Source: an uncultured Gammaproteobacteria bacterium
GTDB taxonomy: Bacteria > Patescibacteriota > Patescibacteriia > Magasanikbacterales > UBA922
Reading direction: 5' to 3'
Assembly (NCBI GenBank): GCA_964433095.1
Contig: CAYSPW010000001.1
Span: forward strand, 4,296 to 68,295
Length of the DNA stretch: 64,000 nucleotides
Positions 48,106-58,455 of this stretch are shown one piece after another. Position 1 is the first letter of the stretch, and each line of letters starts with the position of its first letter. Below the pieces are notes generated by a model that made no database searches, was not told the origin of the DNA, and was given only the letters and a program-made list of their open reading frames with translations. The position numbers and the translations under genes are program-made.

Positions 48106-49455
48106 CTAAATCTCAACCGTTTCGCCATACTCAGGTACAAACGCCTGAATATGCGTATCTTGCTTGATTTTATGAGCCAGCTCAGTTACCGCGTTCGGTT
48201 CACCATGAACGCAATAAACTTTTTGCGGCAGACCGGGACCGCTCGCGATCCAATCCAGCATTTTCATTTGATCACCGTGAGCCGACAAGGCACCGATAGC
48301 CCGCACCGTGCAATTTACTTCTACGGTTTCGCCGAATATTTCCACCTTTTCCGCGCCTTCATAAAGCCGGCGTCCCAGAGTGCCGCTCGCTTGGTAGCCG
48401 ACGATGATTAAAGTGGATCTCGGATCGGGCAGATAACGGATGGCATGATGCAATATGCGTCCGCCATTCATCATGCCGGCGCCCGCTATTACAATTTTCG
48501 GTCCTTTAATATTGTTAATCTTTTTGGATTCTTCCACCGTAGCGGTCATTTTTAAATTGGGAAAATCAAAAAAGTCATCCCCGGCATCATGCAAGCACAG
48601 GGCGTCTCTGTCATAATAGCCGGGATATTTTTTATATACCTTGGTTGCCTCTATTGCCAAAGGACTATCTAAATATATCGGAATCCGCGGCAGAGTTTTG
48701 TCATGTTCGCTCAAAAAATTCAGTTCATAAAGTAATTCTTGCGTACGTTCCAAAGAGAAGGCCGGTATCATGATGGTGCCCCTTCGTTGCACTCCTTCTG
48801 TGATCAAATTCAAAATTATTGATCGACGGGTATCCACGTCTTCATGCAAGCGATCGCCGTAAGTAGACTCGCTCACTACCGCGTCAACTGTGCCTAAATT
48901 CTGCGTCTCTTTTAAAATTGGTACATTTTCATTGCCAATGTCGCCGGAAAATGCCATTAATTTGCCATCAGCCTCCAATTCAATGAAGGCGGAGCCAAAA
49001 ACATGACCGGCGTCTTTCCACACAACTTCTACGCCCGACAATCGCAATGATTGGTTATATTTTACCGGCACGCAATTTTTCACCGCAATTTCAATATCAT
49101 TTTGATCAAATAATATCGGACTTTGGTACCTTCTGTTATTTTCCACCATTATATTATACGCGTCCCGCCAAAACAATCGTGAAAACTCACAGCTGGCTTC
49201 GGTCATATACACTTTCCCTTTGAAGCCTTGCTTGAATAATTTGGGCACGCGCCCGATATGGTCCAAATGCGCGTGTGTAACCAACACAAAATCTAGCTCC
49301 GAAGGGTCGAAAGGGAAAGGTTCGTGATTTCTACCTTCATTGTAATTGGAACCTTGAAACATGCCGCAGTCAACCAAAAAAAGGTTTCTTTTTGTCTGTA
49401 CCAGATGGCATGAGCCGGTTACCTCACGCGCCGCTCCAAAAAAACTGATTTTCAT
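48106..49455 (-). CDS. MBL-fold beta-CASP family ribonuclease (COG1236-like, RNA-metabolising metallo-beta-lactamase)
   Basis: LVTHAHLDHIGRVP (HxHxDH) plus beta-CASP and C-terminal motifs, 449 aa. Confidence 0.75.
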   Translation of the reverse strand: MKISFFGAAREVTGSCHLVQTKRNLFLVDCGMFQGSNYNEGRNHEPFPFDPSELDFVLVTHAHLDHIGRVPKLFKQGFKGKVYMTEASCEFSRLFWRDAYNIMVENNRRYQSPILFDQNDIEIAVKNCVPVKYNQSLRLSGVEVVWKDAGHVFGSAFIELEADGKLMAFSGDIGNENVPILKETQNLGTVDAVVSESTYGDRLHEDVDTRRSIILNLITEGVQRRGTIMIPAFSLERTQELLYELNFLSEHDKTLPRIPIYLDSPLAIEATKVYKKYPGYYDRDALCLHDAGDDFFDFPNLKMTATVEESKKINNIKGPKIVIAGAGMMNGGRILHHAIRYLPDPRSTLIIVGYQASGTLGRRLYEGAEKVEIFGETVEVNCTVRAIGALSAHGDQMKMLDWIASGPGLPQKVYCVHGEPNAVTELAHKIKQDTHIQAFVPEYGETVEI

Positions 49456-49542
49456 AGTGAAAATATTAAATACTCATTTGCTTCAGTATAGCACAAATTG
49501 AGAGTTAAAGTCTGTGTACAAAACCGCTTGGCTTTGGTATAA

Positions 49543-50235
49543 TTGATCCGTTGCTTTATGCGCAAAAAAATTAAATATATTGAAATACAAGAGCCACCGA
49601 TTGAAGAATTAAAAAAGCAAAAATCCTGCTTAAAAAGGACTTGTTTATCGGGCTGTGGGTGTTTTTTTGTATTAATATTGATTTTTTTGCTGCTTTTAAA
49701 ATTAGGCACCGGCGGCGGCGAACGCCAGCTCAAGCAAATACCGGACTATTTCCCCGCATCAATACCTGTTTATGACTCGGATTCAATAACCAAAATTACT
49801 TTTGTTTCCGGCAAAAACAGAGGAAAAATACTGGAAGCCGCCGCGTTCTTGCCCAAACTGACACTCTCCCCGCTTTTATTGGCTTTGGATCAATACGACA
49901 TTGTGCCAATCAGCGAGCGAAAAATACAAGGAGTCAAAGGATTTACTTGGGATAATTTCGTCAAATTGATGAAAGAACCGATGGTGGATAAAAATGGTAT
50001 GATTGAGATTGAATGGCGCAACCTGGCCGCTCAGCCGGATTTTGTGGCCAAGTATTATGCAACCAAATTGGAAAATTCCGGTTACAGCGTGAATCTGGTG
50101 GTAACAAGCAAAAGCAGACGCGTTTTAAATTTTTCCAAAAACGACCATTCCGGCCGCCTGACCATACACGACGATCCATCAACCGGCGGAACCGACATGG
50201 CGACACTAAATATATCACTACCATTAAACAATTAA
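49543..50235 (+). CDS. membrane-anchored hypothetical protein translationally coupled to corA
   Basis: N-terminal basic segment, then a TM helix (CGCFFVLILIFLLLLKL) and a soluble domain. Its stop is 2 nt before the corA ATG. A more likely start is the ATG about 15 nt in (MRKKIKY). A TGTACA-N17-TATAAT promoter-like element lies immediately upstream. Confidence 0.45.
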   Translation: MIRCFMRKKIKYIEIQEPPIEELKKQKSCLKRTCLSGCGCFFVLILIFLLLLKLGTGGGERQLKQIPDYFPASIPVYDSDSITKITFVSGKNRGKILEAAAFLPKLTLSPLLLALDQYDIVPISERKIQGVKGFTWDNFVKLMKEPMVDKNGMIEIEWRNLAAQPDFVAKYYATKLENSGYSVNLVVTSKSRRVLNFSKNDHSGRLTIHDDPSTGGTDMATLNISLPLNN

Positions 50236-50237
50236 CT

Positions 50238-51158
50238 ATGCCTGTTAAAATAATAAAACAAAAAAAATTAACTTGGGTGAATATTGATCATCTGGACCAA
50301 AAAGCGGTTAATTATTTGGACAATAATTTCAACTTTCATCATTTGGATTTTGAAGACATTCGCGGCGAAAGTCAGACACCGAAGATTGACGTTTATAAAA
50401 ACTACTTGTTTATCGTGCTGCAATTTCCGCACTGGCATGCTCGAACCAATACGGTCATCCCGGTGGAAATTGATATTTTCGTGGGCGATAATTTTTTAAT
50501 AACCGTGCAGCATACCAAAACCAAAGAAATAAAAAATTTTTTTTATCGCTGCATGAAAAATAAAAAAGTGAAAGCCGATTGGATGAGTCAAAGCTCGGGC
50601 TATCTGCTTTACCAGCTGATAGAATCGTTATTCAGAAACACGCGGCCGATTCTAGAAAATATCGGCAAAAAAATAAATGAATTGGAGCAGGACATCTTCA
50701 CCAAGGAACAAGAAGCCAAAACCATCAAGCTGCTCGCCACGCACAGAAGAAACGTATTAAACTTCAGGCGCATTCTTGATCCGCAAAGATATTTAATCTC
50801 CAGCCTGACGCATACCAGAAAAAATTTTCTGGATGAAAGCTTGAGTATATACTTTGATGACATAGATGACTATTTAAGCAAGCTGTGGTCAATCGTGGAA
50901 AACTACAAAGATACGGTAAACGGACTGCACGTAACCGTGGAATCGCTAATCAACCAAAGAACCAATAAAGTAATAAGTGCCTTGACCGTAATCTCTGTTT
51001 CGCTGCTGCCGCTAACCTTGCTCTCCGGCATCTATGGAATGAATATATCCAAGCTGCCGTTCAGCCAAAATCCTTTCTGGGTGTGGATGATGTTTTTAGG
51101 CCTTGCTTCCATCATAATGATATTGATAGTGATAATGAGAAAAAAACGTTGGCTGTAG
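50238..51158 (+). CDS. corA: magnesium/cobalt transporter CorA
   Basis: The C-terminal two TM helices carry the YGMN motif (IYGMNISKLPF). The track ORF 50013..51158 includes an upstream extension that overlaps the previous gene. Confidence 0.8.
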   Translation: MPVKIIKQKKLTWVNIDHLDQKAVNYLDNNFNFHHLDFEDIRGESQTPKIDVYKNYLFIVLQFPHWHARTNTVIPVEIDIFVGDNFLITVQHTKTKEIKNFFYRCMKNKKVKADWMSQSSGYLLYQLIESLFRNTRPILENIGKKINELEQDIFTKEQEAKTIKLLATHRRNVLNFRRILDPQRYLISSLTHTRKNFLDESLSIYFDDIDDYLSKLWSIVENYKDTVNGLHVTVESLINQRTNKVISALTVISVSLLPLTLLSGIYGMNISKLPFSQNPFWVWMMFLGLASIIMILIVIMRKKRWL

Positions 51159-51181
51159 AAAAAATTAAAAAATAAAAAAAC

Positions 51182-52795
51182 ATGATTCGCCGTCTGATTG
51201 GCAACCAAAGCAAAACCATTACCGGCGCGGCCATTATTATTGGCGCCGCTTCTTTTATTAGCCGACTGATGGGCGTAGTGCGTGATCGTATTTTCGCCCA
51301 CCAATTCGGAGCCGGCGAATTGCTTGATACCTACTATGCCGCCTTTAGAGTACCTGATTTGGTATATAATCTGCTCATTATCGGCGCCCTTTCGGCCGGC
51401 TTTATCCCGGTTTTTACCAAAGTCTATCTTAAAGATAAAAAACAAGCCTGGGAACTGACCGCAAACATCATTAATATTTTAGGCTTAGCCCTAGTGGTGA
51501 TCTGCGGCGTGCTGTTCATCTTCACGCCGCAGATCATGAAAATAATTGTGCCCGGCTTCACTGACAAACAAATGGAGATGACCGTGCTTTTGACCAGGAT
51601 CATGTTTTTAAGTCCACTGCTGCTTGGACTAAGCAGCGTGGTAAGCGGCGTGCTGCAATCACTTAAATCTTTTTTTGTCTATTCTCTGACCCCGATAATG
51701 TACAATTTTGGCATCATATTCGGCGCCTTGGCCTTAGTGCCTTTTTTCGGCATCAGCGGACTGGCCATGGGAGTAGTAATCGGAGCGTTGCTGCATTTGA
51801 TTATACAATTACCTACCTTTTTTCATTATGGCTTCAGGTATAGACCACGGCTTAATCTCAAAGACAAGCGAGTGAAAGAAATAATCCGACTGATGATACC
51901 GCGTACAATGGGACTCGCCGCACATCAAATTAACTGGATAGTCATTACCATGCTGGCGTCCACGCTGGCGGCCGGTTCAATCGCGGTCTTTAACTATGCC
52001 AACAACCTGCAGCATTTTCCGGTGGGTATAATCGGCATATCCTTTGCCTTGGCATCATTTCCGACTCTATCCAAACTCGCCGCCCAAGGCAACATTGATG
52101 TTATGCGCGACCAGATAAGCAACGCGGTCAAACAAATAATATTTTTTATCATTCCGATCTCGGTTCTCTTCATTTTGCTCAGAGCACAGATAGTACGCAT
52201 AATCCTCGGTACCGGACAATTTGACTGGCAAGATACGATTTTGACCATGAATACTTTGGCCTTCTTCGCTCTGTCTTTGTTCGCTCAATGCATTACCCCC
52301 CTGCTGGCGCGCGTCTTCTACGCGTTGCATGATACATGGACGCCTTTTCTGGTCGGTCTGGGCACGGCCGTGGTCAATATATTTTTGAGTCTTTATCTGA
52401 AAGAAATATTGGGGGTAATTGGGCTGGCCTTCGCTTTTTCCATTGCCATGACCGTACAGATGTCCCTACTGTGGGTACTATTGCGAAGCAAGCTGAAAAC
52501 CTTGAACGAGCTTTCATTAATTCAGTCGGCGTATAAAATAAGTGTAGCGGCGATAATCATGGCACTGGTAGTGCAATTATTAAAAGCTCCACTCGCTTCT
52601 GTGGTTGACATGAACCGTTTTTGGGGTATATTAACCCAGGGTTTCATCGCCGGCACGGTCGGAATGCTGGTTTACGCCGGCATTTGTTATTTGCTTAAAC
52701 TGGAAGAAATCAAGCATTTGCTCGGTAGCATGAAGAAAAGGTGGCTGAAAATCAAGCACGTGCAAGGAGAAATCGGAAAGGCGGACGAAATCTAA
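51182..52795 (+). CDS. murJ: lipid II flippase MurJ (MviN)
   Basis: 537 aa with 14 TM. The N-terminus is AIIIGAASFISRLMGVVRDRIFAHQFGAGELLDTYYAAFRVPD. Confidence 0.85.
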   Translation: MIRRLIGNQSKTITGAAIIIGAASFISRLMGVVRDRIFAHQFGAGELLDTYYAAFRVPDLVYNLLIIGALSAGFIPVFTKVYLKDKKQAWELTANIINILGLALVVICGVLFIFTPQIMKIIVPGFTDKQMEMTVLLTRIMFLSPLLLGLSSVVSGVLQSLKSFFVYSLTPIMYNFGIIFGALALVPFFGISGLAMGVVIGALLHLIIQLPTFFHYGFRYRPRLNLKDKRVKEIIRLMIPRTMGLAAHQINWIVITMLASTLAAGSIAVFNYANNLQHFPVGIIGISFALASFPTLSKLAAQGNIDVMRDQISNAVKQIIFFIIPISVLFILLRAQIVRIILGTGQFDWQDTILTMNTLAFFALSLFAQCITPLLARVFYALHDTWTPFLVGLGTAVVNIFLSLYLKEILGVIGLAFAFSIAMTVQMSLLWVLLRSKLKTLNELSLIQSAYKISVAAIIMALVVQLLKAPLASVVDMNRFWGILTQGFIAGTVGMLVYAGICYLLKLEEIKHLLGSMKKRWLKIKHVQGEIGKADEI

Positions 52796-52844
52796 ATAAA
52801 AAAAACATTAACAAATTAAAAAAGTCCCAACAAAAATAAAAAAT

Positions 52845-54626
52845 GTGATTAAAAACTTCTGCATCATCGCACACATAGATCATGGCAAATCCACCTTGGC
52901 GGATCGTTTTTTGGAATTGACCGAAACCGTGGATAAAAGAAAGATGAAAGCGCAGCTGCTGGATCAAATGGAACTGGAGCAAGAAAGAGGAATAACCATC
53001 AAGCTTCAGCCCGTCAGAATGAAATATAAAAATCACACATTAAATCTGATCGACACGCCCGGCCACGTTGACTTCACTTACGAAGTATCACGATCATTGG
53101 CCGCGGTGGAAGGTGTGGTGCTACTGGTTGACGCTACTCAGGGAGTACAGGCGCAAACTATCGGCAATCTTTATTTGGCCATTGAACAAAATTTAACCAT
53201 TATTCCGGTGCTGAATAAAATTGACCTGCCCAATGCGGATATAGAAAAAACAAACGCGGAAATTGTTCATTTACTGGGATGCGAAAAAGAAGAAATACTT
53301 ACTTGTTCTGCCAAAACCGGACAGGGGGTGGAGACTGTTCTTGATAGCGTGGTGAAAGAAATTCCTTCGCCGCGGCCGCACGCGGGCAAAAAAACCAGGG
53401 CTTTGATCTTTGATTCTTTTTACGATGACTACCGCGGCGTAGTGGCATCGGTACGCTTGATAGACGGAGGCTTAAATAAAAAAGAACAAATACTTTTTAT
53501 GAAAAGCAAAGCCAGAGCTGAAATATTGGATCTGGGCAGCTATACTCCGGCCATGCAACCGGAAGCGGAACTGGAAAACGGACAAATCGGATTCGTGGTC
53601 ACCGGTCTTAAAGATCTGGAACAAGTGCGCGTGGGCGATACCATTACTTTGCAAAAAAATCCGGCAGAATCCGCTCTACCGGGCTACAAAGAGGTCAAGC
53701 CGATGGTCTTCGCCGGAATCTTTCCAAAAGAAGGCGATGATTACTCGGCTCTGCGCGACGCCATAGACAGACTCAAGTTAAGCGATTCGGCTTTGTATTA
53801 CGAGCCGGAGCAATCAAAAGCGCTGGGCTTTGGTTTTCGCTGCGGATTTTTAGGCATGCTGCATCTGGATATTTTTCAAGAACGCCTGAAAAGAGAATTC
53901 GGTCTGTACATTATAGCGACGGTGCCGTCGGTAGCTTACCGGATTCAACTAACCAACTCTGATAAGATTACGGTTAAAAGTCCGCAAGACCTGCCTGAGG
54001 TGCAAAAAATTGACTACATTGAGGAACCATTCATGAACGTTGACATCATTACGCCCCAGGAATATATCGGAAACGTAATGAGCCTGACAACCGAAAGAAA
54101 AGGCAAATATTCCAATACCGAATATTTAAGCGCCGGTTCGGATTTGCGTGTATTGCTGCATTTTGAGATGCCGCTGTCTTCGCTGATAACTGATTTTTAT
54201 GATAAACTAAAAACCGTAACCAGCGGTTATGCTTCTTTGAATTATGAATTTAAAAACTACCAAAAAGCGGATGTGGTAAAAATGGATATATTGATCGCCG
54301 ATGAGCCGGTGGAAGCTCTGGCCGGTTTGGTGTGGCGGGACGAAGCCTTTAGGATCGGCAAAAAGATTGTTCAATCTCTGAAAAAAACTCTGCCCAGACA
54401 ACAATTCGTGATAAAAATACAAGCGGCCGTCGGTGGCAAAATAATCGCGGCCGAAAGATTGAGCGCGCTTAGAAAAGATGTGACTGCCAAACTCTATGGC
54501 GGAGACGTATCCAGAAAAAGAAAACTGCTGGAAAAGCAAAAAAAGGGCAAGAAAAAAATGCTCTCCAGAGGCAAAGGAAAAGTGGACATACCGACCGAAG
54601 CGTATCTGGCTATATTAAAACGCTAA
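52845..54626 (+). CDS. lepA: elongation factor 4 (LepA)
   Basis: IKNFCIIAHIDHGKSTLADR G-domain plus the LepA C-terminal domain, 593 aa. Confidence 0.95.
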   Translation: MIKNFCIIAHIDHGKSTLADRFLELTETVDKRKMKAQLLDQMELEQERGITIKLQPVRMKYKNHTLNLIDTPGHVDFTYEVSRSLAAVEGVVLLVDATQGVQAQTIGNLYLAIEQNLTIIPVLNKIDLPNADIEKTNAEIVHLLGCEKEEILTCSAKTGQGVETVLDSVVKEIPSPRPHAGKKTRALIFDSFYDDYRGVVASVRLIDGGLNKKEQILFMKSKARAEILDLGSYTPAMQPEAELENGQIGFVVTGLKDLEQVRVGDTITLQKNPAESALPGYKEVKPMVFAGIFPKEGDDYSALRDAIDRLKLSDSALYYEPEQSKALGFGFRCGFLGMLHLDIFQERLKREFGLYIIATVPSVAYRIQLTNSDKITVKSPQDLPEVQKIDYIEEPFMNVDIITPQEYIGNVMSLTTERKGKYSNTEYLSAGSDLRVLLHFEMPLSSLITDFYDKLKTVTSGYASLNYEFKNYQKADVVKMDILIADEPVEALAGLVWRDEAFRIGKKIVQSLKKTLPRQQFVIKIQAAVGGKIIAAERLSALRKDVTAKLYGGDVSRKRKLLEKQKKGKKKMLSRGKGKVDIPTEAYLAILKR

Positions 54627-54641
54627 TTAAGACAAAAAATT

Positions 54642-54737
54642 ATGAAACAAAAAAAATACAAGCTGATTTGGACCATTATCAGCATATTGGCCGTGCTGGG
54701 AATGATATTTTTTACCATTATGCCCGCTTTTTACTAG
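54642..54737 (+). CDS. putative 31-aa single-TM small protein
   Basis: ATG at 54642. MKQKKYKLIWTIISILAVLGMIFFTIMPAFY, then a stop. It sits between lepA and the next membrane gene and is below the ORF-track size cutoff. Confidence 0.2.
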   Translation: MKQKKYKLIWTIISILAVLGMIFFTIMPAFY

Positions 54738-54744
54738 TAAAAAT

Positions 54745-55164
54745 ATGGACATTAAAAAATTTCTTTCTTCATCCTACCACATTCTCAGCCCGCATCACCA
54801 CTACCAGATGACCGTAATATTTCTATTCGTGTTCGGCTTTTTCCTCATTTTCCCTTTTTTTCGCTTGGTTCAGATATATAATTTGGATATACAAATCTGG
54901 CAGTGGTATTTTTTCTTGCCCTGGGCCGTATTTTATTCCTTCTACTGCCTTTATCAACGCGCCAAAATCAGCCGACCTGAAATGCGGAATCCGCTAAAAA
55001 GACCGATCATTCACTGGACATTACTGGGAATCGCGGTGATTCTGGTGCATTCGCAGCCGGTGGATATCAATAACATTTACGCGTTGGATTTGGGCTTTAC
55101 CATTTTCACGATTTTTTTGGCAGACTCTTATTGGGATTTCAAAAAAATTAATTTGCTTAAGTGA
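54745..55164 (+). CDS. hypothetical membrane protein (4 TM)
   Basis: 139-aa hydrophobic protein, 4-nt overlap with recJ. Confidence 0.4.
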   Translation: MDIKKFLSSSYHILSPHHHYQMTVIFLFVFGFFLIFPFFRLVQIYNLDIQIWQWYFFLPWAVFYSFYCLYQRAKISRPEMRNPLKRPIIHWTLLGIAVILVHSQPVDINNIYALDLGFTIFTIFLADSYWDFKKINLLK

Positions 55165-56924
55165 GTATGGATAGAATTTGGAAACTACGCCCCGAACCCC
55201 CCAAAAAATTTTTTGAACAATTTCCCGAACTGCCTAAAACCGTGGCAGCACTTCTTTATCACAGAAATATTCGCACGCAAAAAAAAATAGATGAATTTCT
55301 AAATCCCGACTACACCCAAGACGTGCATGACCCATATCTGTTCAAAGACATGAAAAAGGCGGTCGCGAGAATTTTTCATGCCTTGGATCAAAAAGAAAAA
55401 ATAGTGGTGCATGGCGATTATGATGCCGACGGCGTGTCGGCAGCGGTGATATTGGTATCTGCTTTACATGCCCTGGGATGTAATGATGTCGAGGTTTTTT
55501 TACCGCACCGTGAAACGGACGGTTACGGATTGAATAAAAATACCATTCAAACCCTTTCGCGGACAAAAACGGACCTGATTATTACCTGTGACTGCGGAAT
55601 CAGCAACTATGAAGAAATAACATTGGCGCGGCAATTGGGAATGGATGTTATCGTCACCGACCACCATGATCTGCCCGAAACTTTACCGCCCGCTCTGGCT
55701 ATTATTCATCCCAAAAACAAAAAAGATGATTATCCGGATAAAAATCTGGCCGGCGGAGCGGTGGCCTTTAAATTGGTACAGGGTTTGCTAAAAAAATATA
55801 CCAAAAAAAATGACGAATTTCCCAATGGCGAAAGCGTGGAAGCGTTTGAGAAATGGCTGCTGGACATGGTGGCAATCGCTTCGGTGGCTGACATGGTACC
55901 CTTGATCGGAGAATCCCGTACCCTTACCAAATACGGATTGATAGTGCTGAACAAGACAAAAAGAACGGGGTTGCAAAAGCTGTTGCTGGAAGCGAGATTG
56001 ATGAACGAAGACGGCAGCAAGAAATACGAGCTTGACGCCGACAAAATCGGCTTTCAAATTGCGCCGCGCATTAACGCGGCCGGAAGAATTGATCATGCCA
56101 ACGTGGCCTATCGTCTCCTTATCACCGATAATCCGACGGAAGCGGTTGATCTCGCCTATCAACTGGATCAAAATAACCAAGAAAGGCAAAAAACCACCGA
56201 TGAATTACTGAAAAAAGCAATAAAACTGGCACAAGCTGAAGCTGATTCCCCGATCTTATTCATTCTTGGACAAGGTTGGCCTACCGGCTTGATCGGCTTG
56301 ATAGCCAGCCGATTGAAAGAAAAATTTTACAAGCCCAGCCTGGTAATGTCGCAAAATCAGAATGAAATAGTGGGATCGGGACGCTCGGTAGAGGGGTTTA
56401 ATATCATTAAGGCCATGCAAACCATGCCCGAATGCTTCAGTAAATTCGGCGGACACCCTATGGCCTGTGGATTCACTTTGGCGACCGAAATTAAAAAGTT
56501 CAAGCAACAATTACTTGAACAATACAACCTGCAAACCCGAGGCCATTCATTGCTGCCTATTTTGAATATTGACGCTGAGATTGATCTTGACCAAGTAAAT
56601 TGGGAACTCCATGATATATTGGACAAATTCAAGCCTTTTGGCAAAGATAATGAAAAACCTAGATATCTGGCCAAAAACCTTACCATAAATAACTTTGAAG
56701 CGGTGGGCAAAGAGGCCAAACATATGCGCGTTATGGTTACGCATAATTCCCCCAGAATCAGAAAAACCATCGGCTGGCGCCTGTGCGATGATAACAGTTC
56801 AGGTCCCAACTGGTGCAAGGAATTGAAAATCGGCGATAAAATTGATATGGTATTTGAAATTGATATCAATGAATGGAATGGCAATCGCGAGCTGCAATTA
56901 ACAATCATTGACATTAAAAAATAA
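55161..56924 (+). CDS. recJ: single-stranded-DNA-specific exonuclease RecJ
   Basis: DHH motifs (VHGDYDADGVSAAVIL, DHHD), a DHHA1 domain and a C-terminal OB fold. Confidence 0.85.
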   Translation: MSMDRIWKLRPEPPKKFFEQFPELPKTVAALLYHRNIRTQKKIDEFLNPDYTQDVHDPYLFKDMKKAVARIFHALDQKEKIVVHGDYDADGVSAAVILVSALHALGCNDVEVFLPHRETDGYGLNKNTIQTLSRTKTDLIITCDCGISNYEEITLARQLGMDVIVTDHHDLPETLPPALAIIHPKNKKDDYPDKNLAGGAVAFKLVQGLLKKYTKKNDEFPNGESVEAFEKWLLDMVAIASVADMVPLIGESRTLTKYGLIVLNKTKRTGLQKLLLEARLMNEDGSKKYELDADKIGFQIAPRINAAGRIDHANVAYRLLITDNPTEAVDLAYQLDQNNQERQKTTDELLKKAIKLAQAEADSPILFILGQGWPTGLIGLIASRLKEKFYKPSLVMSQNQNEIVGSGRSVEGFNIIKAMQTMPECFSKFGGHPMACGFTLATEIKKFKQQLLEQYNLQTRGHSLLPILNIDAEIDLDQVNWELHDILDKFKPFGKDNEKPRYLAKNLTINNFEAVGKEAKHMRVMVTHNSPRIRKTIGWRLCDDNSSGPNWCKELKIGDKIDMVFEIDINEWNGNRELQLTIIDIKK

Positions 56925-56928
56925 AAAC

Positions 56929-57333
56929 ATGCAAAAAAAATTGACCATCTTCTCTGACGGCGGCGCCAGAGGCAACCCCGGGCCGGCGGCCATCGGCGTG
57001 ATAATTAAAGACGAAAACGATAAAATTGTGGCTCGTTTCGGCGAATATCTGGGTGAACAGACAAATAATTACGCTGAATACATGGCCTTGATAAGCGGAT
57101 TGGAAGCCGCCTTGGATATGCGGACACAAGAAGTGATTTGCTATGTGGATTCCAAATTGGTGGCCGAACAGCTTAATCAACGCTGGAAAGTGAAAGAACC
57201 GACTTTGCAAAAATTATTTGTCAAGGCATACAATTTAATGCAAAAATTTAAGTCGGTTAAAATTTTCCACACTTATAGAGAAAAAAATAAAGAAGCCGAT
57301 CAACTGGTTAATAAAGTGCTTGATCAGCACTAA
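56929..57333 (+). CDS. rnhA: ribonuclease HI
   Basis: IFSDGGARGNPGPAAIGV...NNYAEYMALISGLEAAL. The ATG at 56929 is 4 nt after the recJ stop. Confidence 0.8.
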   Translation: MQKKLTIFSDGGARGNPGPAAIGVIIKDENDKIVARFGEYLGEQTNNYAEYMALISGLEAALDMRTQEVICYVDSKLVAEQLNQRWKVKEPTLQKLFVKAYNLMQKFKSVKIFHTYREKNKEADQLVNKVLDQH

Positions 57334-58430
57334 ATCTCATCCGCCAGTTCAGACATGATTTTTTTTGCTTTGCGGCTTAATTTTTTGGGTACATCCACGA
57401 TCACTTTCACATACTGGTCTCCCCGGCCGCTTCTGTTCAATCTGGGCACGCCCAAATTTTTTAATTTGAATTGTCGATGCGATTGAGTTCCGGCCGGAAT
57501 TACCAGCTTTTTTTTGCCGTCAAGAGTGTCAATCTTGATTTTGTCCCCCAATGAGGCTTGCGTAAAAGAAATATGCTCTTCGGTATAAATATCAAAACCT
57601 TCTCGCTTCATTATTTCCGCCGGATTTACACGCACACGAACATAAAGATCTCCGGGCTCGCCTTGAGAGCCTATACTCTCGCCTTTTCCCACCAATCTTA
57701 TAGCTTCGCCATCGTCAATTCCGGCCGGTATCTTCACATTATATACGGATTCACTCTTCACTCGGCCGTCGCCGCCGCAATGCCGGCAGTGGGTCTCGGG
57801 TATTTCCCCCTGGCCGGCGCATTCCGGGCAAACGGAAACAGACTGCATGGCACCCAAAATTGTCTGCTGCATTTGTCTTACTTGACCTTTGCCGCCGCAG
57901 ACAGAACAAGTTTTTACCTTTGAACCCGGTTCTACGCCTGATCCGGAACATACGTCGCAATTGTTATATTTCATTAATCTGACCTCTTTTTCCACGCCGA
58001 ATACCGCTTCCCTAAAATCAATCGTCACGTCAACTTGAATATCGTTGCCGCGCGGAACCCGACGTCTGCTGCGACCGCCGAAACCGAATATATCGCCGAA
58101 GATGTCGCCCAGGTCTATCCCCCCGAAATTAAAATTCATATTTTGAAATCCGCCGGCACCGCCTCGGGCAGCGCGCATGAAATCATCCCAGTTCATGCCG
58201 CCACCAAAACCGCCTTGCTGATCAAAGGTGGAACCGAACTGATCATACTGCCTGCGTTTTTCCTCGTTGCCGAGCACCTGGAAAGCTTCGTTCACTCGCT
58301 TAAACTTTTCCTCGTCTCCGCCGGGCTTGTCCGGATGATATTTGTGCGCCAGCTTGCGAAAAGCTCTCTTTATTTCATCGGCACTGGCGTCCTTATCCAT
58401 CTCTAAAATTTTGTAATAGTCTTTTGACAT
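57330..58430 (-). CDS. dnaJ: chaperone DnaJ
   Basis: J domain with HPD (KYHPDK), a G/F region and four CxxCxGxG zinc-finger repeats. Confidence 0.9.
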   Translation of the reverse strand: MSKDYYKILEMDKDASADEIKRAFRKLAHKYHPDKPGGDEEKFKRVNEAFQVLGNEEKRRQYDQFGSTFDQQGGFGGGMNWDDFMRAARGGAGGFQNMNFNFGGIDLGDIFGDIFGFGGRSRRRVPRGNDIQVDVTIDFREAVFGVEKEVRLMKYNNCDVCSGSGVEPGSKVKTCSVCGGKGQVRQMQQTILGAMQSVSVCPECAGQGEIPETHCRHCGGDGRVKSESVYNVKIPAGIDDGEAIRLVGKGESIGSQGEPGDLYVRVRVNPAEIMKREGFDIYTEEHISFTQASLGDKIKIDTLDGKKKLVIPAGTQSHRQFKLKNLGVPRLNRSGRGDQYVKVIVDVPKKLSRKAKKIMSELADEI

Positions 58431-58455
58431 AAACCAAAAAAGTATAATGGCTATT

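Noticed and set aside
50013-50237. N-terminal 75-aa extension of the CorA ORF
   Set aside because: It overlaps the upstream gene in another frame and is Arg/Lys-rich junk. The CorA family alignment starts at MPVKI (ATG at 50238).
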